64,000 nt of DNA from Haliotis rubra (taxonomy: Eukaryota): the NCBI RefSeq assembly GCF_003918875.1, contig NW_025765647.1:1550001-1614000 (forward strand), written 5' to 3'. The position numbers and the translations under genes are program-made. Each line of letters opens with the position of its first letter. Within the stretch, counting starts at the first letter, position 1. The notes under the pieces were generated by a model. The model saw nothing but the letters and a program-made list of their open reading frames with translations. It was not told the origin of the DNA and searched no databases. Shown in pieces: positions 38,411 to 50,810 of the stretch.

Positions 38411-41400
38411 TACCCACCTGAAATGTTTGTATGGCAACATATGTTGAGAACCCCGGGCGCAGCCGTCACCACAGTAGAGCTAGCGTCTGGGTGGACGTCC
38501 GGATGGTGGAGAAATACCTGCGAGCATACACACAACAATTCTTTCTCTCCATTTTATGCATTTATAATCTTGGGCACACATACTCAAACCTCTGCTACAT
38601 GAACACAGAATCACAACAACTACTCCAAAGGTTTGGAGCCAATATACCTACACAGATAGGAGCCTGAAGGTTCAACAAGTAGTGTTTGTAACCGTCAGTG
38701 GATATCGAACCATCTGAACATTGTGAGTAGCCGATTTTGCGTAATATTTTTGTGCGTCTGTTAAATGTACATCAATCCAGTAATTAACCAGTTTATGGAT
38801 CAGTACTTCCTGTCCAACCGGAAGCGTCCTCCCTAAATAAAGGTCGAGGTCTTTACAGAGTTGAATCAAAACAATACATGAGGCCATGTGGCTGAATTAT
38901 ACAAACGTAATCTTTCGGTTAGTTTCGCAGATGAGTAGATAATCCCAGTTTATGTATGTGTACATAATATTGTTCAGTTCTAATGACAGCTAACTGCTTG
39001 TTTCAACACTTCTACACTGAATGATCTTAGGAAGCTTCCGATATTTACTTTTTATGAAATATGTTCAAACGGCGATAATCCGTTAGGGAGTTACTAAGTG
39101 AAGGGGCTATTTACCTTAATCCCAGCTGCCATGTTTCTGATGAAGGTGTAGTCGTTCTGGTTGATGTTGAATGTGACGATGAGGTTTGCGTCGTCACCTG
39201 CCGTGAACACACTTTTACTGGCATTGAAGTTGAAGGTATGGCACAGCCCCTCATGAGTGAAAATAGGTCGGAAGTTGGTCATACAATCAAAGTTGTCACC
39301 ACCAAAGACACAATTAAACAACATTTTGGACCCTTCCATTGACATATTCTGCAACCATTCTAAAGACAACGGTTTCTGAAACACATCTGAAGTTAGATGA
39401 GAAAATGAGTCTTTCCTCTTCCTTCCTTGAGAAATATTGAAAAAGTAGTTCTCCATTTCTGGGTAAACCTCAAGGCGAGTGTTGTTGAAGGTGCATCTAT
39501 TGCAGATGGTGACGGCAGGGAAATTGATTGCATGTTTGATTTGGGGTGTGATCTTGGTGACGGTTGGGTAGCTGTAGTAGGTTCCTATCTCGCCCACAAG
39601 GTTATAGACGAGAAACCCCGTAGTTGAACACAAGGCCAAGATCCATGCCAATCTGTTGAAGCAAGAACACGAAAACTTCTAGTTTAATAAACACAAGAAT
39701 ATTCGGTACTGTGCAGAATTGCATACACTGTGGAGAAACAAGACTACATTATCTTTTTTTGGGGGAAAACTTAGAATTGTGTAATCTTGAACTTTGAAAT
39801 GAGCCACACCAAACCGGTTTATGGGAAAGGGTGACACTTCGTATCTAAACTCCAATCTGGCAATCGCTATTTCTGTGGATGTCTTAGACTATCATTTAAA
39901 ACACGAGACTAAATGACTCATTGTCACCAAAATATTATGATATTGTAATGAGTGCGATCGATGATGGAGTGAGACAAGGGCAGCATTTGCCTCCTTCACT
40001 GTTCTTGCTATTTTGGTGGACTGTTACACGAATGAGAGGAAACACAACCGATGTCATTATGCAATGTTATTATGACAAGTGCTTGCTATGTCTACAGCTG
40101 AAACTAATTATAACGATCATACTGTTTGATGTGGAGATAACCAGCTTTCTTAAGATGTATATATTATTACCTTATGAAATGGACCAGAAGACCCATTACA
40201 TCATTTTTGCTGTTGAGTAGTAGTAATGTATAAAATTCTAAGCTCTTAAAAGTAATCTCATATGTACATATTAGTATAACATTGTGCATATGAATATAAT
40301 TATAAGAATGGTTTGTCTTGATTATTTACAATGATATATCGTTCGGCATGTCCGTGTTAAACACAACCACACCTACCCACGAATCGTAAACGGGCTGCAT
40401 GAAGGGGGCTTAATCTTATCAACAGCATGAAGGCCTGTAGACTGACTGAATTCAATCCACAGATCTTTCAGTCCATACACTGTCGAAGGCGGGTCTGCAT
40501 CAGACCTCACTGTCTGTGTCCTCTTCTCATCCATTATGTCTGAAAGCGAAAGTATACATCATGGCGAGATCACACTCCGCGGTCATGGTAGGTATTATAT
40601 AGCCCCCTTCCCCGTTGATATGCCTACCGTTTTCACTTCACTGAATTCCAGAGGTTTATTCATATTATGTTCACAGCTATTTTCCCCTTACACCAATGGA
40701 ATCTATTTCGGAGGATAGTTCCAGCTGGTAGTCTATTGCACTGACGTTTAATATATATGTTTCCGAGGACAGTTAATCTTTGTAATCAAACACATGCTGA
40801 TCTCCTCTATTTCCAAGTTACGAATCACTGAAAAAGTACAAAATAGAGTGGCAGTACAAATTCAAAGGTAATACAATACAAGAGCATTGTGTACAGCGTT
40901 AAAGACTGTCCCGCTGGACACATTATCCCGTTATCGTATGTTGTTTAACGCTTTTAATGCTATGAAAGAGATGCCAGAAACTTCTACAATACTCTCTAAG
41001 GTAGGAGATTCTGGAATAATCACGTTGTAGCGATTTCCAGATTTTCCCGTCAAAATATAGAGCCCGCCACTATCCCTTACTGAATATCACATGCACAATG
41101 TATGGAACAGAGTTACACAATGAATAAAACTGATTTGTCAAAAGTTATAATCATTATTACGTGTACTTACAATAACAATTCTTATAAAACCATACTCACT
41201 CGCTGGAGACAACTGTTGGCAGATGATTGTAACTTTAGACTGAGAGTGCTGAGGATGTTCCACAATGCTATGTAGACATTATTCGTCACCATGTTTGTAT
41301 GCACTGGAGGTGTTTTGCGTTAACCATGTGTTTTAATAGTAACTATGTATTTTAATGGTGGACAATTAACGCTACATTTCAGAATGGCAGGTAAACGTTG

Positions 41401-41869
41401 TGACAATATTTACATTACAATCTCCATGGAAACCATGGATACAACCTATTCTCGGTCATTTCCCAAGAGAGATGGTTTGTCATGATACAGCTTTGTTCTC
41501 TGCAGTTAATGTTAGTTACTTCATTTATCGATTTTGAAAAACAAACAATCGTCGTACATATGAATAGGAGCTGTGAAAACTGAACTGAAAACATCCCAAC
41601 ACACAATGGTACATGCAATACACCTTGTGTTTGTTCTCATCCTCCTTTGTGAAGAATCAATTTGGAATAAAGTAGTCTACTCAATGATTGTAAACAGACC
41701 TTTTTGAAATAATGGAAGAGAATGATAAACATGACACTTCTGTGAATGTATCCACTGAATTACTGATTACACAATGCCATTTAGAAAGTGGTCAAATGTA
41801 ACACATATATGTTATATTTAGGATTTCTCTTCCTTAGTGAAGTACAAATTCTAGTACTTTTGGGGTTTT

Positions 41870-41962
41870 GTCCCATCCGGGATTCGAACCTACACCCTCA
41901 GAGTCAGGCAACAAATCGCCAGCACACAAAGTCAGCCGTATAACCCGCTCAGCCACCGCGAC
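41870..41962 (-). mobile_element. tRNA(Leu/Ser)-like pol III head, SINE or pseudo-tRNA
   Basis: A box TGGCTGAGCGG, B box GGTTCGAATCC, D-arm GCTG/CGGC; acceptor and T stems imperfect. Confidence 0.55.
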
Positions 41963-42315
41963 TTCCACAAAATGGAAGTCGGACAACTGGTAGTCTTGAC
42001 TGCGAACTTTGTGTGGAAGTCGTGGTGTAAACATGATTTAGTTCCGAGTAGAAAATGTTCCGTCTCGGAATAAATGCCGTGAAATAGTGAACGGATGACA
42101 CGAATAAAAATTCCGCACACACGGCAAATATTCCATCCAACAGGAACAAATACCGTAGGCCTAACCAACTCCAGTCATTATTGAATGCAAAATGGACTCG
42201 CCCAACTTGTCAACATCCGGGATCTCTCTAGCACGAAATACACGTGAAACATGTTAGATCAAGATGAAAACCAAGTTAACAAGCGGGCATGTGCCACACA
42301 GCAGGAAGGTGCAAC

Positions 42316-42546
42316 ATGGAGACAGGGGAATACACAGCTCTAATAGAGTATATTTGTGAAAACAAATACAAGGAAAAGGCCACAGAAAACGAAAAAAGGA
42401 GAATAAGGAAGAGGGCTAAGCATTTCATGTTTCGCGAAGCTTCGCTGTACTATGTATCGGACGACAGCAAAGATAACTCAGCTCCATTGAAGCTTGTGAT
42501 AACTAGTGACCAGAAATTAGCAACCATGAGGATGTGCCATATCACT
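42316..42546 (+). mobile_element. Ginger/GIN1-like integrase N-terminal exon fragment
   Basis: EYTALIEYICENKYKEKATENEKRRIRKRAKHFMFREASLYY...LVITSDQKLATMRMCH resembles the region before the H2C2 zinc finger; ends at a GTAAGT donor. Confidence 0.55.
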
Positions 42547-43305
42547 GTAAGTTTACCCAAACTATACATCAAATTATAATCGAAAGATATTTGAAGAATT
42601 CTTCAGTACTGTCCGGATTTCGATCAGGACCCTTATCACCTGATACATGCTGTACTTTTGACATGTGAACAGATTATTTCATCATAAGCTAATTCAATGA
42701 CGACATGTAGATATTATACATACATTCTTGAAATAATATTTTGAAATAGATGTACATATTTTAAAGAAAGGTGAAATGCCACGAAGTGAATTCATATTAT
42801 CAAATATTGTGATCGTGTTTATTTGGATTTGGGTGGATGCTTAATATTTAGAATCACCAGTTCAGATTCTGAGGAATCTTTATCCATAATGACCATAGAC
42901 AATAGCAGACCAAGAAGAAAGTGTCGTGATAAAAGAGACAGAGTAGCATTTATGAGTATTTTCATTAGGTTTAACTACACATGTATGCAGTCAGATAAGA
43001 TGAAACCAATCTCCAAAATAAAGACAAATGATGCCAATCTCAACAATACTGTATTTAGTCCTTTTTTAAGGAACTTTCACACATGATGATTGATTCTTGA
43101 AAGCCACAGGATTTGTTCCACATGGAACACGCGTTTTGAGGCTATAGCACTCCGTCACCAACCTTCCACTTTCATTTGAACTGGTCAAAACATCTCTAGC
43201 TCCATATGGAACAAATGCCGTAGGAAAAATCCATTCTTCCTTTCTGTCCCCCCCAAAAAAAACAACAACAACACACCCCCCATTTGTTAAGACTACTCCT
43301 ACAAA

Positions 43306-43472
43306 CGGTGGGGTAGCCTAGTGGTTAAAGCGTTCGCTCGTCACGCCGAAGACCCGGGTTCGATTCCCCACATGGGCACAATGTGTGAAGCTCATTTCTA
43401 GTGTCCCCCGCCGTGATATTGCTGGAATATTGCTAAAAGCGGCGTAAAACCAAACTCACTCACTCACTCACT
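43306..43472 (+). mobile_element. Family C tRNA-derived SINE, young copy
   Basis: Clean A/B boxes, tRNA-Asp-like GTC loop, (ACTC)n tail. Confidence 0.9.
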
Positions 43473-43664
43473 CTTTTAGACTCTTTAGGATGTGTGTGGA
43501 AGTTCCTTTTTGAATCGAGTAGCAGCAACAGTCGGTTTTTCCCTTCGTATTTCGCTACGGCAAACTTTATGCACGTGTAGATTCCTACCGGAACGTCTGC
43601 GGCTTTTCGGTGTTCATTGTGCGGAGGGGCTGCAACCTATATATCCTTGGACCCGCCGTATTTG

Positions 43665-44471
43665 TCAAGGGGGTATGGCAAATATTGCTCTGTCCCTGTA
43701 GCTCTGCTTTTCCCAATTGCTGCCGGAATAAACAGGAATATTTCTCGCATGAACAATTGTCCGCCAATTTGTCGAGGAGGCATCATGAGAGGCAGTCGTT
43801 GTCATACAGGTTGTCATGTTCGAGAGACAGTAGGGGATCCCGATTTCTTCCGGAACCTTGAGTTGAGTCGTTCCTTGGTTGTGTAGTCTATCGCTTTTTT
43901 CCAGAAAATGCATTTCTTGCTGTCGGCGCAGTGGTCGATGGTGCCACACTTGCATGTAGAGTTGTCTGGTCCAAAGAGAGTGGGAGTTTCGATATAGCGG
44001 CGAGGCAGTCGGTGCATCGGTTGTGCCTGTCCTTGGGTACCGGGCAGTAGTCGTCGGCGAGAACGAGTCGGTGTTTGCCTGCTGCGGGGCGAAATTGGTT
44101 TGGTGGGTAGATGAGACCAAATCGACTATTTTGCCGTCTTCTACGAATTGGCGAAAGCACAGCAAATCAAGTTCGAGAAACTGGTGAGGGATCTGGTAGC
44201 GCTCGTAGAAGGTTTGTCCCGATTGCTCCATGAGTTGTTTTTCTTGGTCGGAAAGCAACACATGGGGACACTTCTCCAGCATGGTCCCGAAGACTTCTGC
44301 CATGTCGGGAGTTGTCTGTGGCTCCGGGTCTATACTACCTTGGATTGGTGTATATCTGGCTTGTGATATGTGGTATTTCCTCTTCGCTTCCTGAAGGGAC
44401 AAATGACCTGATCGGATCTCGGCATAGGCTTCGCACGAGAGCTTGGTTCCTGGCATTTTTTCTATATCCAT
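43665..44471 (-). other. Intronless CpG-rich ORF of unknown origin with a psq/HTH-like N-terminus (possible viral or transposon accessory gene, probably decaying)
   Basis: Open frame 43665-44549, first ATG at 44471; EAYAEIRSGHLSLQEAKRKYHISQARY resembles an HTH; Cys-rich peptides in shifted frames; absent from the paralogous A region. Confidence 0.4.
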
Positions 44472-45744
44472 ACACCCGCATAGATCTAATTCCAGTGCAC
44501 TTGTGTTGGGAGACGAAAAGTGGTCCAATATAGCTTGTGAAAAACACAATTTTTTTTATTGGCTGTGGGAGCGGAAGTAGCTAGTATGGAGCTTCTAGGC
44601 AGGGTGTATCTCTGCGTTCCAGAACCCCCATTATGTATGCTACTACGACATAAGGTATGTAAGTAATCACTATTTTAGACTGTTTCCTATTTGATACAGT
44701 CAGCGTCACCAATAATGTTGCTTTATGTAATAACGGTGATTTCAGAAACTCGGTATGATTGCACACAAGTCATCGAGCCTGACCACCTGTTCCATGTAAG
44801 TCACCTCTAACAACAACAAACAATACTACCGATGCATTCTTACCTTGAATCTGAAGGTATTAACGTAACCTGTGCAGTGTCTGATCACATCCAAAGCGAA
44901 ATTAGCTGTAAATGGGAGCTACATTCATTTATCAGGGCACAGGGAAGTTTCCACGGCAACCTAACTTTCATACGTTAAAGTATGTCATGTGTTGAATGCT
45001 ACTGAAGCGGAGTTGTGCAATAACTTATTTTGCAATCACAATGGTAATGAATTCACTCAGTCATTCCAGTGTATGGCGACTGTCGTTAATTATAAATACT
45101 CCTGTTCCTCAACCATGACCATAGCACAGCATGGTAATGGTTACGCGGTTCCATGAGTTTGGTTAAGAGTGACTACAATAGAAAGTCATTATACCTGCAC
45201 GGCTAGAGACTTGAATCTGCTTTGAGCAATATCACGGTTTGCTTTGAATGTATGTATGTGTAGCTTTGTCATTGCCAAGAGGATTACATCGCTCAAGTAA
45301 GGTTCCTATTTCTTTAAGTGTTCTCAGGAGTCTTCGTAAGCCAGTGTTAATCTATTCGAAGTCAGAGTCTCACTGCATTAGTAAGCTGACGTACAAAAGA
45401 AAGATCACACATGATGTTTTGGGATTATGTTTCAAATTCCAACGTAAATATTTTAAAACGTTTTCTGATTGCGACTTAAAAATCACAAACGTTGTATACG
45501 TGTCGCCATAACATCAGATAGGTTTTGAGTTTGGGTTTGAACAAAGCTTGTGACAAAAGTTTGTCCTATTAATTTTAGATTAACCTCATCAGATAATTGC
45601 ATAATCCTTGGTTGGGCTATAAGGACATGCTCACTATCGTGTCCATCAACATGATTTCCAGAGGCTATTCCTTTAAGGAAGATTACGGCTCTGGTTATTA
45701 TCAAGGTTATTGTGTTGTTTGCCTCAGACTACACCGACAGATTC

Positions 45745-46280
45745 AGGTCCACTTTCATGTAGACATAACTCAGGTGAAGTCTAATGTCTATCATCCTGTT
45801 GAATCTCAGGGATCACTAGGGAGATTCCATCAGACTCTTAAGAATGTGATAAGGTCATAGTGCTTTTGAGACTGAGGACTGGGATGAAGTCCTTGTTTTG
45901 TTGTTGTTTTGCTGTGAGGGAGACAATTTAGGAGTCCTTAGGTTTTCTGTCTTTTGACCTTTTCTTTGGCCATACTGTGATTATAAAACAATTGGATGAG
46001 CAATGGCTTAATGAAAGGTCTGAAATGAGTTTGATGGTCTAGGTTTTATCTCTCTGTACTAAGCTTTCCAAAGTTTCCCTGGACAAGATGAAAGTACATT
46101 ATGACAAGACTTGAGAATTTCAGTCCTGGCGATAAAGTGCCAATCCCTGGTTAGCCATTACGTGCTAGGTACCAAGGGAAATAACTTACTGACAAGAAAG
46201 TGAGGTGACACTTGCTATGTTTATCTAACACAGGGCCATCGTAAAAGACACAACATTGTCATGTGAATGTAATTAAAAGT
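45745..46280 (+). mobile_element. Ty3/Gypsy integrase remnant
   Basis: YHPVESQGSLGRFHQTLKNVIRS..DWDE..FAVRET..ESLGF..GHTV..KMKVHYDK..FSPGDKV..HCHVN. Confidence 0.8.
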
Positions 46281-46949
46281 ACCTGAAAGAAATGACGGAA
46301 ATATTTTACACAAGTAATGCCCCACAATGGACCATGAAATGAAGGAAATTAAGGAGGAGAAGGTACACAGTTGAAAAACTTAATTCGTTTCAGGATAATG
46401 AAAATGCAAAAGCAAATCCCCCTGCATTTATGACAGTCCACATGGAGAAAAATAGCCTTTCTGTGAATATATATAAGCCCTTCCTTGTTAACCTTTGATA
46501 CAGCTATGTGGTGGTTCATTCGCTGGACCGAGCAATATATCTAGTACTCTCTCCCTGTTGTTTGCTTTAGCTTTGGAATTGATTTGAAAACGGAATTGAT
46601 ATGTCCTTGGAGTTCAAATCAAACGTCTATTGACTGATGCATGGTGTTGGCAGATATCTTCCTTAGTTACTGGCCTTTCATTATAGGTTGTATGCTTTTC
46701 TCGAGGGTAATGCAGTCTGATGTACGTCTCTTTGTAGCAGTGTCACCCGCTTTAAGAATGGTTAATTATGTTTAAGTTGAGTGTGCAAACGGTGCAATGT
46801 TTAAAATAGCTTTATATAAAGCAGTAAAGGTTGGTAACATAAATGTGTACATAGTGAACTTCAAAACAGATAATGGAACGATTTTCGAACTCCGTGCACT
46901 GCATGCATCATATTATGACGTCATACGATTGTTATACGATATAGCTTCT

Positions 46950-47710
46950 CGGCGGAGAGTTTGGCGGTTGCCGTGGCAGCGGGTAATATGTTTTCCAGTT
47001 GTGACCCTCCTAGGAGATATCCATGAGAAAAAAGCACAGTTTTCCATTGTTGATAACGCCAATTTTGATGCTGAGTTGCCCATTGCCCATCAGTTTTGGT
47101 GGTGACGAGCGGTGAGGACAGGACCACGATACTGTCTGTGACAGCAGAGGTTTCCTCCGCGCATACGTCGACGCACTGTATCGGCACTAATGGGTCTGTT
47201 GTGAGTCCCAATGGTCTGGCGTGTTGTTTCCGGCGTTCTGGTGAAGCGATCCTGCAGATGGTTGCGCACAATCTTTCGGTCTTGACGAAACTGAAGGTCG
47301 TCCATTGTAAGGACGGTCTTGGATGCTGTTAGTGGCCTGATACCGCTCCTGCAGTCGGTAGATCGTCCTAACATGAACATTAAAATGATTGGCTGCCCTA
47401 TCTGCAGTTTGGTCAAAATGCAATCGTCCCATAACTTGGTTCCTCTGATCACTCGTAAGTCGAGGCATGGCGATTGTGTTAAAACAATAATGATTTCAGG
47501 CGAGTTTGGGTCTCGCTTTCATTGGTAGGGTTGTCACTATATGCACGTGCATTTTCATTCTCAACAAACCTTTTACCACGTCTGCCTTTTTAGGTGCGTT
47601 CGGTCATCAGAAAACACACTGATGTTTGTAATAACTGTCAATTTTGATTGAGAAACATGTTAAAAATAAACGGTACAATCATGATAAAAACACCACCTTG
47701 TAAGAACAAA
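46950..47710 (-). mobile_element. Tc1-like transposon 5' fragment (paired-like HTH region)
   Basis: MPRLTSDQRNQVMGRL..HFNVHVRTIYRL..DRPYNGRP..ISADTVRRRMR..QQWKTVLF, frameshifted. Confidence 0.85.
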
Positions 47711-49511
47711 ATTTCTTTTGCGGTTCAGTATATGTCAAGCCAGTTTCTGGTGTGCCCCGCCGAGATATTACTGGAATGTTGGTACATGCGGCGAAGAACC
47801 ATACTCAGTTTCTCTCCCAATAAGAACTCCGATTTTAAGTCTGAAAGTGATTCAATAAGTTTCACTTCTCTGTTGGGCTTATGCTTGGGCACCACCCGAA
47901 TGACTATACACTTGTGATCCTAATTACCAGGAGGCTGCTATGATATTTTGGTCCATATGTGAATAACAGAGGAAGCGTGTTATCATCAACACAATAGAAG
48001 GCGTCATTGTGACCTACAGGCAGATGGCAGTATGATGAGTCTTGTCCGGGAAAACGAGAGGAATTTATCTTGAGCTGTCAAGTTCACACATTGAACGTAA
48101 TGGATGAAATAGTGCAACGGAAAAATAAAATGTTAACATTTCCTGAAATTTAAACATTGTCGGACATTTTGGTAAAGTCATGTTTGTCTAAGAATATTAC
48201 TTACATTTCAGGCATCCAGGTCACACTTTTCAAATTCCAGAATATCATCTAATGTGGGTGATTGTTTCTGTTTTTACCACACGTCTCAAAAGTAATGTAC
48301 CTTTGTTCAAACTTTTATAACACTGGTTGGCTAACATAAGTTGCTTGAACAGAAAGATATTGTTAGGAGTTCATCAATTTTGAAAAAGGACATGTACTGA
48401 ATGGCTGAAGACAAATAGATCTGATTTATGGGAAGCGTGACAAACACTAACCCACGTAACACTTGTTCCAATCTGTTGAACATTTACCATAACAAATAAT
48501 GGCTATATCGATTTTGGGGTTGTCCTTTGTTGGTGATACCTCAGTGGGAAAGATGCAAGACAAACAGATGCCAAGCGGAACTGCATATCAACTCAACCTG
48601 ACAATCCAATACTTGCAACGAACTAAACAATCGGAGTGTAACGGCATGCTACGATCAGCCAAAGTCATAAACACCCACATCATTTAAGCGGTGCGAGAAC
48701 TTTTGGGCATTTACGCTTTTACACAAAACTGCTATTGATTAGATACATATTTAATCAATCATGATTTCATAAAAACCTAAAGCCTTACCAATTACATAAA
48801 CAGAACAAACAAAATATGAAATAAAGGAGAGACAACCCAAGTTGTATAGGTATAGAACGTCAGTGCAAAGAATATTCACTCAGAAACAAACCCCGTTTGC
48901 TGTAAATGGGAAATAGCTGTGGAAATTATATAAATGGATCACTGAAACCAGTGGTGACACCAGGTGTTCACGCAAAAGGGGGTAAGCATGTAATCCCCAC
49001 CTGTAGCACCACCATTCACAATAATTTGCCTAAAACCGGAAGTATTTTCTTTCCTTTTTTTCATACGACGGTAGCTTTGTAAACAAACAGGACAATCAAG
49101 TGATCGATAAAGAGGAAATCCAGTTAGATAATTTAAATTACGACTGATGTGTAGAGGTACAAAGATTCATATGCTTATAAGTAAGAATATGGAGAAAAGA
49201 ATTGTATTACAACACATTGAGGTCAGTTGTAATGTCTCAGACCAAACATTTGTCTATTCAGCATACTAAAATATGCAACTGAGCTTATGATGTATCTCTG
49301 GGCTTTCAGACACCAGCAGAAAAATCGACCCAGATGAATTAAATATAGAACGGTAGTGCAAAGGAATACTCAAGGAATTAAGAACACAGCCAAGGTGTAG
49401 ATGGATTTCCAGCTGAATACTGATAAAGACAATACCAAATGGATTGGCCCAGGGACTGGCAGTAAACTCAAACTATATCGCACGTTTACATCAGAATGAC
49501 ATTAGAGACAT

Positions 49512-49571
49512 GGCACCCCTTGAAGAGCACCCTCCTCGCGGTGGGTGCTGGGTGATGCTAATAGGTCTTCA
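49512..49571 (+). ncRNA. Candidate HDV-like self-cleaving ribozyme with minimal or absent P4
   Basis: P1 GGCACCC/GGGTGCT (G-U at +1), P2 TGAAGAgC/GgTCTTCA, P3 ACC/GGT, L3 CTCCTCGC, P1.1 CC/GG, J4/2 G-C-TAA. Confidence 0.7.
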
Positions 49572-49722
49572 CCCCAGTAGTGTGGACCCGGGGCATATAG
49601 ATCCACAGCACCCTATTGGTGGTCGTGAGACGAATTGGGCAACCTGTTTGCCGTTGGTTGCGCCCGTGGGTTTTCTGTCGGTGGAGAAAGGGAGTCGGTT
49701 GGTGGTTGAGGGTATTAGGAAC
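49512..49722 (+). mobile_element. 5' end of a non-LTR retrotransposon or derivative, 3' part deleted
   Basis: GC-rich block absent from the paralogous region, starting exactly at the ribozyme G+1; similarity to the family A head continues downstream (cagcaccc..gtcgtgagacgaattggg). Confidence 0.55.
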
Positions 49723-49791
49723 CTGTTTGAAAGTGATTCATACACACATGCTTATGATATTGTCAGAGTTGTACACACGACTTTGACTGTA

Positions 49792-50156
49792 GGTGAGGTG
49801 AGGTGAGGTGAGGTGAGGTGAGGTGAGGTGAGGTGAGGTGAAATTGGGTTTAAAGTCGTGCTTGAGAATATTTCGCTCATATGACGACGTGCATGCGTGT
49901 GTATATGTATGTGCGGTTGCTTGTACTAGCCCAGCCCAGATACCATGCCGCAGTGAAGCATGAATACCCCACTCAGACACATTATACTGACTCCGAGCCG
50001 ACCAGTCCTTGTTGTACCCATTAATGCCGAGCGCCAGACAGGGACCAACAAGTACCATATTTTAACGTCTTTTGGTATGACGCGGTCGGGGATCGAACTC
50101 CGCGACCTTCCGCTCTCCGGGCGGACGCTCTAACTAACTACACCACGGAGGCGGTC
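49792..50156 (-). mobile_element. Family B SINE with expanded (CACCT)n tail
   Basis: Family B match; about 10 GGTGA units at 49792-49841. Confidence 0.9.
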
Positions 50157-50586
50157 GCTACTTGACTTTAGATTCATTTGGGATGCAGAAAGGCTTTGTG
50201 GCTTTTATTTATATGAACCAAGTCGATTTGTCAGCTGAAGGATATTTGATCGCCAAGACATATCACTAACTTGGTAGTATTTTACACAGAACTGTTGGCT
50301 GAACTAAACAGAAACTGTTTGGGACGGGTAGTATAACTGCGCAGCGCGTGAAGCCCATTTCTGGTGTCCCCCGAACTTATATTACTGGAATATTGCTACA
50401 AAGGGCGTAAAACCAAACTCACTCTATTTAAGAAATAAAGACTAATTTACATTTTTAGTATTAACGATGTTCAGTAAAACAGGAGGAATTTTTTACCTTC
50501 GAACTTCTCTCCGTGCAATATTTCTTCACGTGACACAAAAAACATTTGCCTGATCTGCACGTTTTTAAAAGACCGTTCTTTTAATT

Positions 50587-50810
50587 GAGTGAGTGAGTTT
50601 AGTTTTTACATCGCACTCAGCAACATTCCAGCTATATGGTGGTTGTCTGTAAATTATCAAGTCTGGACCAGACAACCCAGAGATCAACAGCATGATCATC
50701 GATCTGCGCATTTGGGATACGATGACATGTGTCAACCAAGTCTGACCACCCGATCCCATTTGTCGCCTCTTACGACAAGCATGGGCTGCTGAAGATCAAT
50801 TCCAACCCGT
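50587..50810 (-). mobile_element. Family A element
   Basis: Family A match. Confidence 0.85.

Larger units (their letters stand above)
34395..40534 (-). pseudogene. DEG/ENaC paralogue B; exons 40534-40377, 39652-39115, 38517-38418, 37531-37351, 37092-37036, 36570-36408, 35706-35615, 34540-34395; one +1 frameshift in exon 3 (young pseudogene or assembly error)
   Basis: All exons match A in size except exon 3 (100 vs 99 nt; C4 at 38451-38454 vs C3 in A); splice sites and other frames intact. Confidence 0.75.
15140..49511. repeat. Tandem segmental duplication, ~17.5-kb unit (about 15140-32350 versus 32685-50225), each unit carrying one DEG/ENaC gene plus upstream DNA
   Basis: Colinear anchors 15290/32842, 16919/34395, 23146/40534, 25670/44740, 29400/47530, 31790/49490, 32235/49723, with copy-specific insertions. 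Confidence 0.9.

Noticed and set aside
43306-43385. tRNA-Asp-like gene (also the heads of family B and C copies)
   Set aside because: No complete cloverleaf or acceptor stem; the sequence runs into a SINE body and tail and is multi-copy
15140-49511. A and B as uncollapsed haplotypes of one gene
   Set aside because: Many amino-acid differences, strong intron divergence and numerous copy-specific insertions favour true paralogues; read depth would settle it
49444-49806. 120-aa ORF over the ribozyme candidate
   Set aside because: It begins in host flank at a TTG and crosses both insertion junctions; openness reflects GC richness
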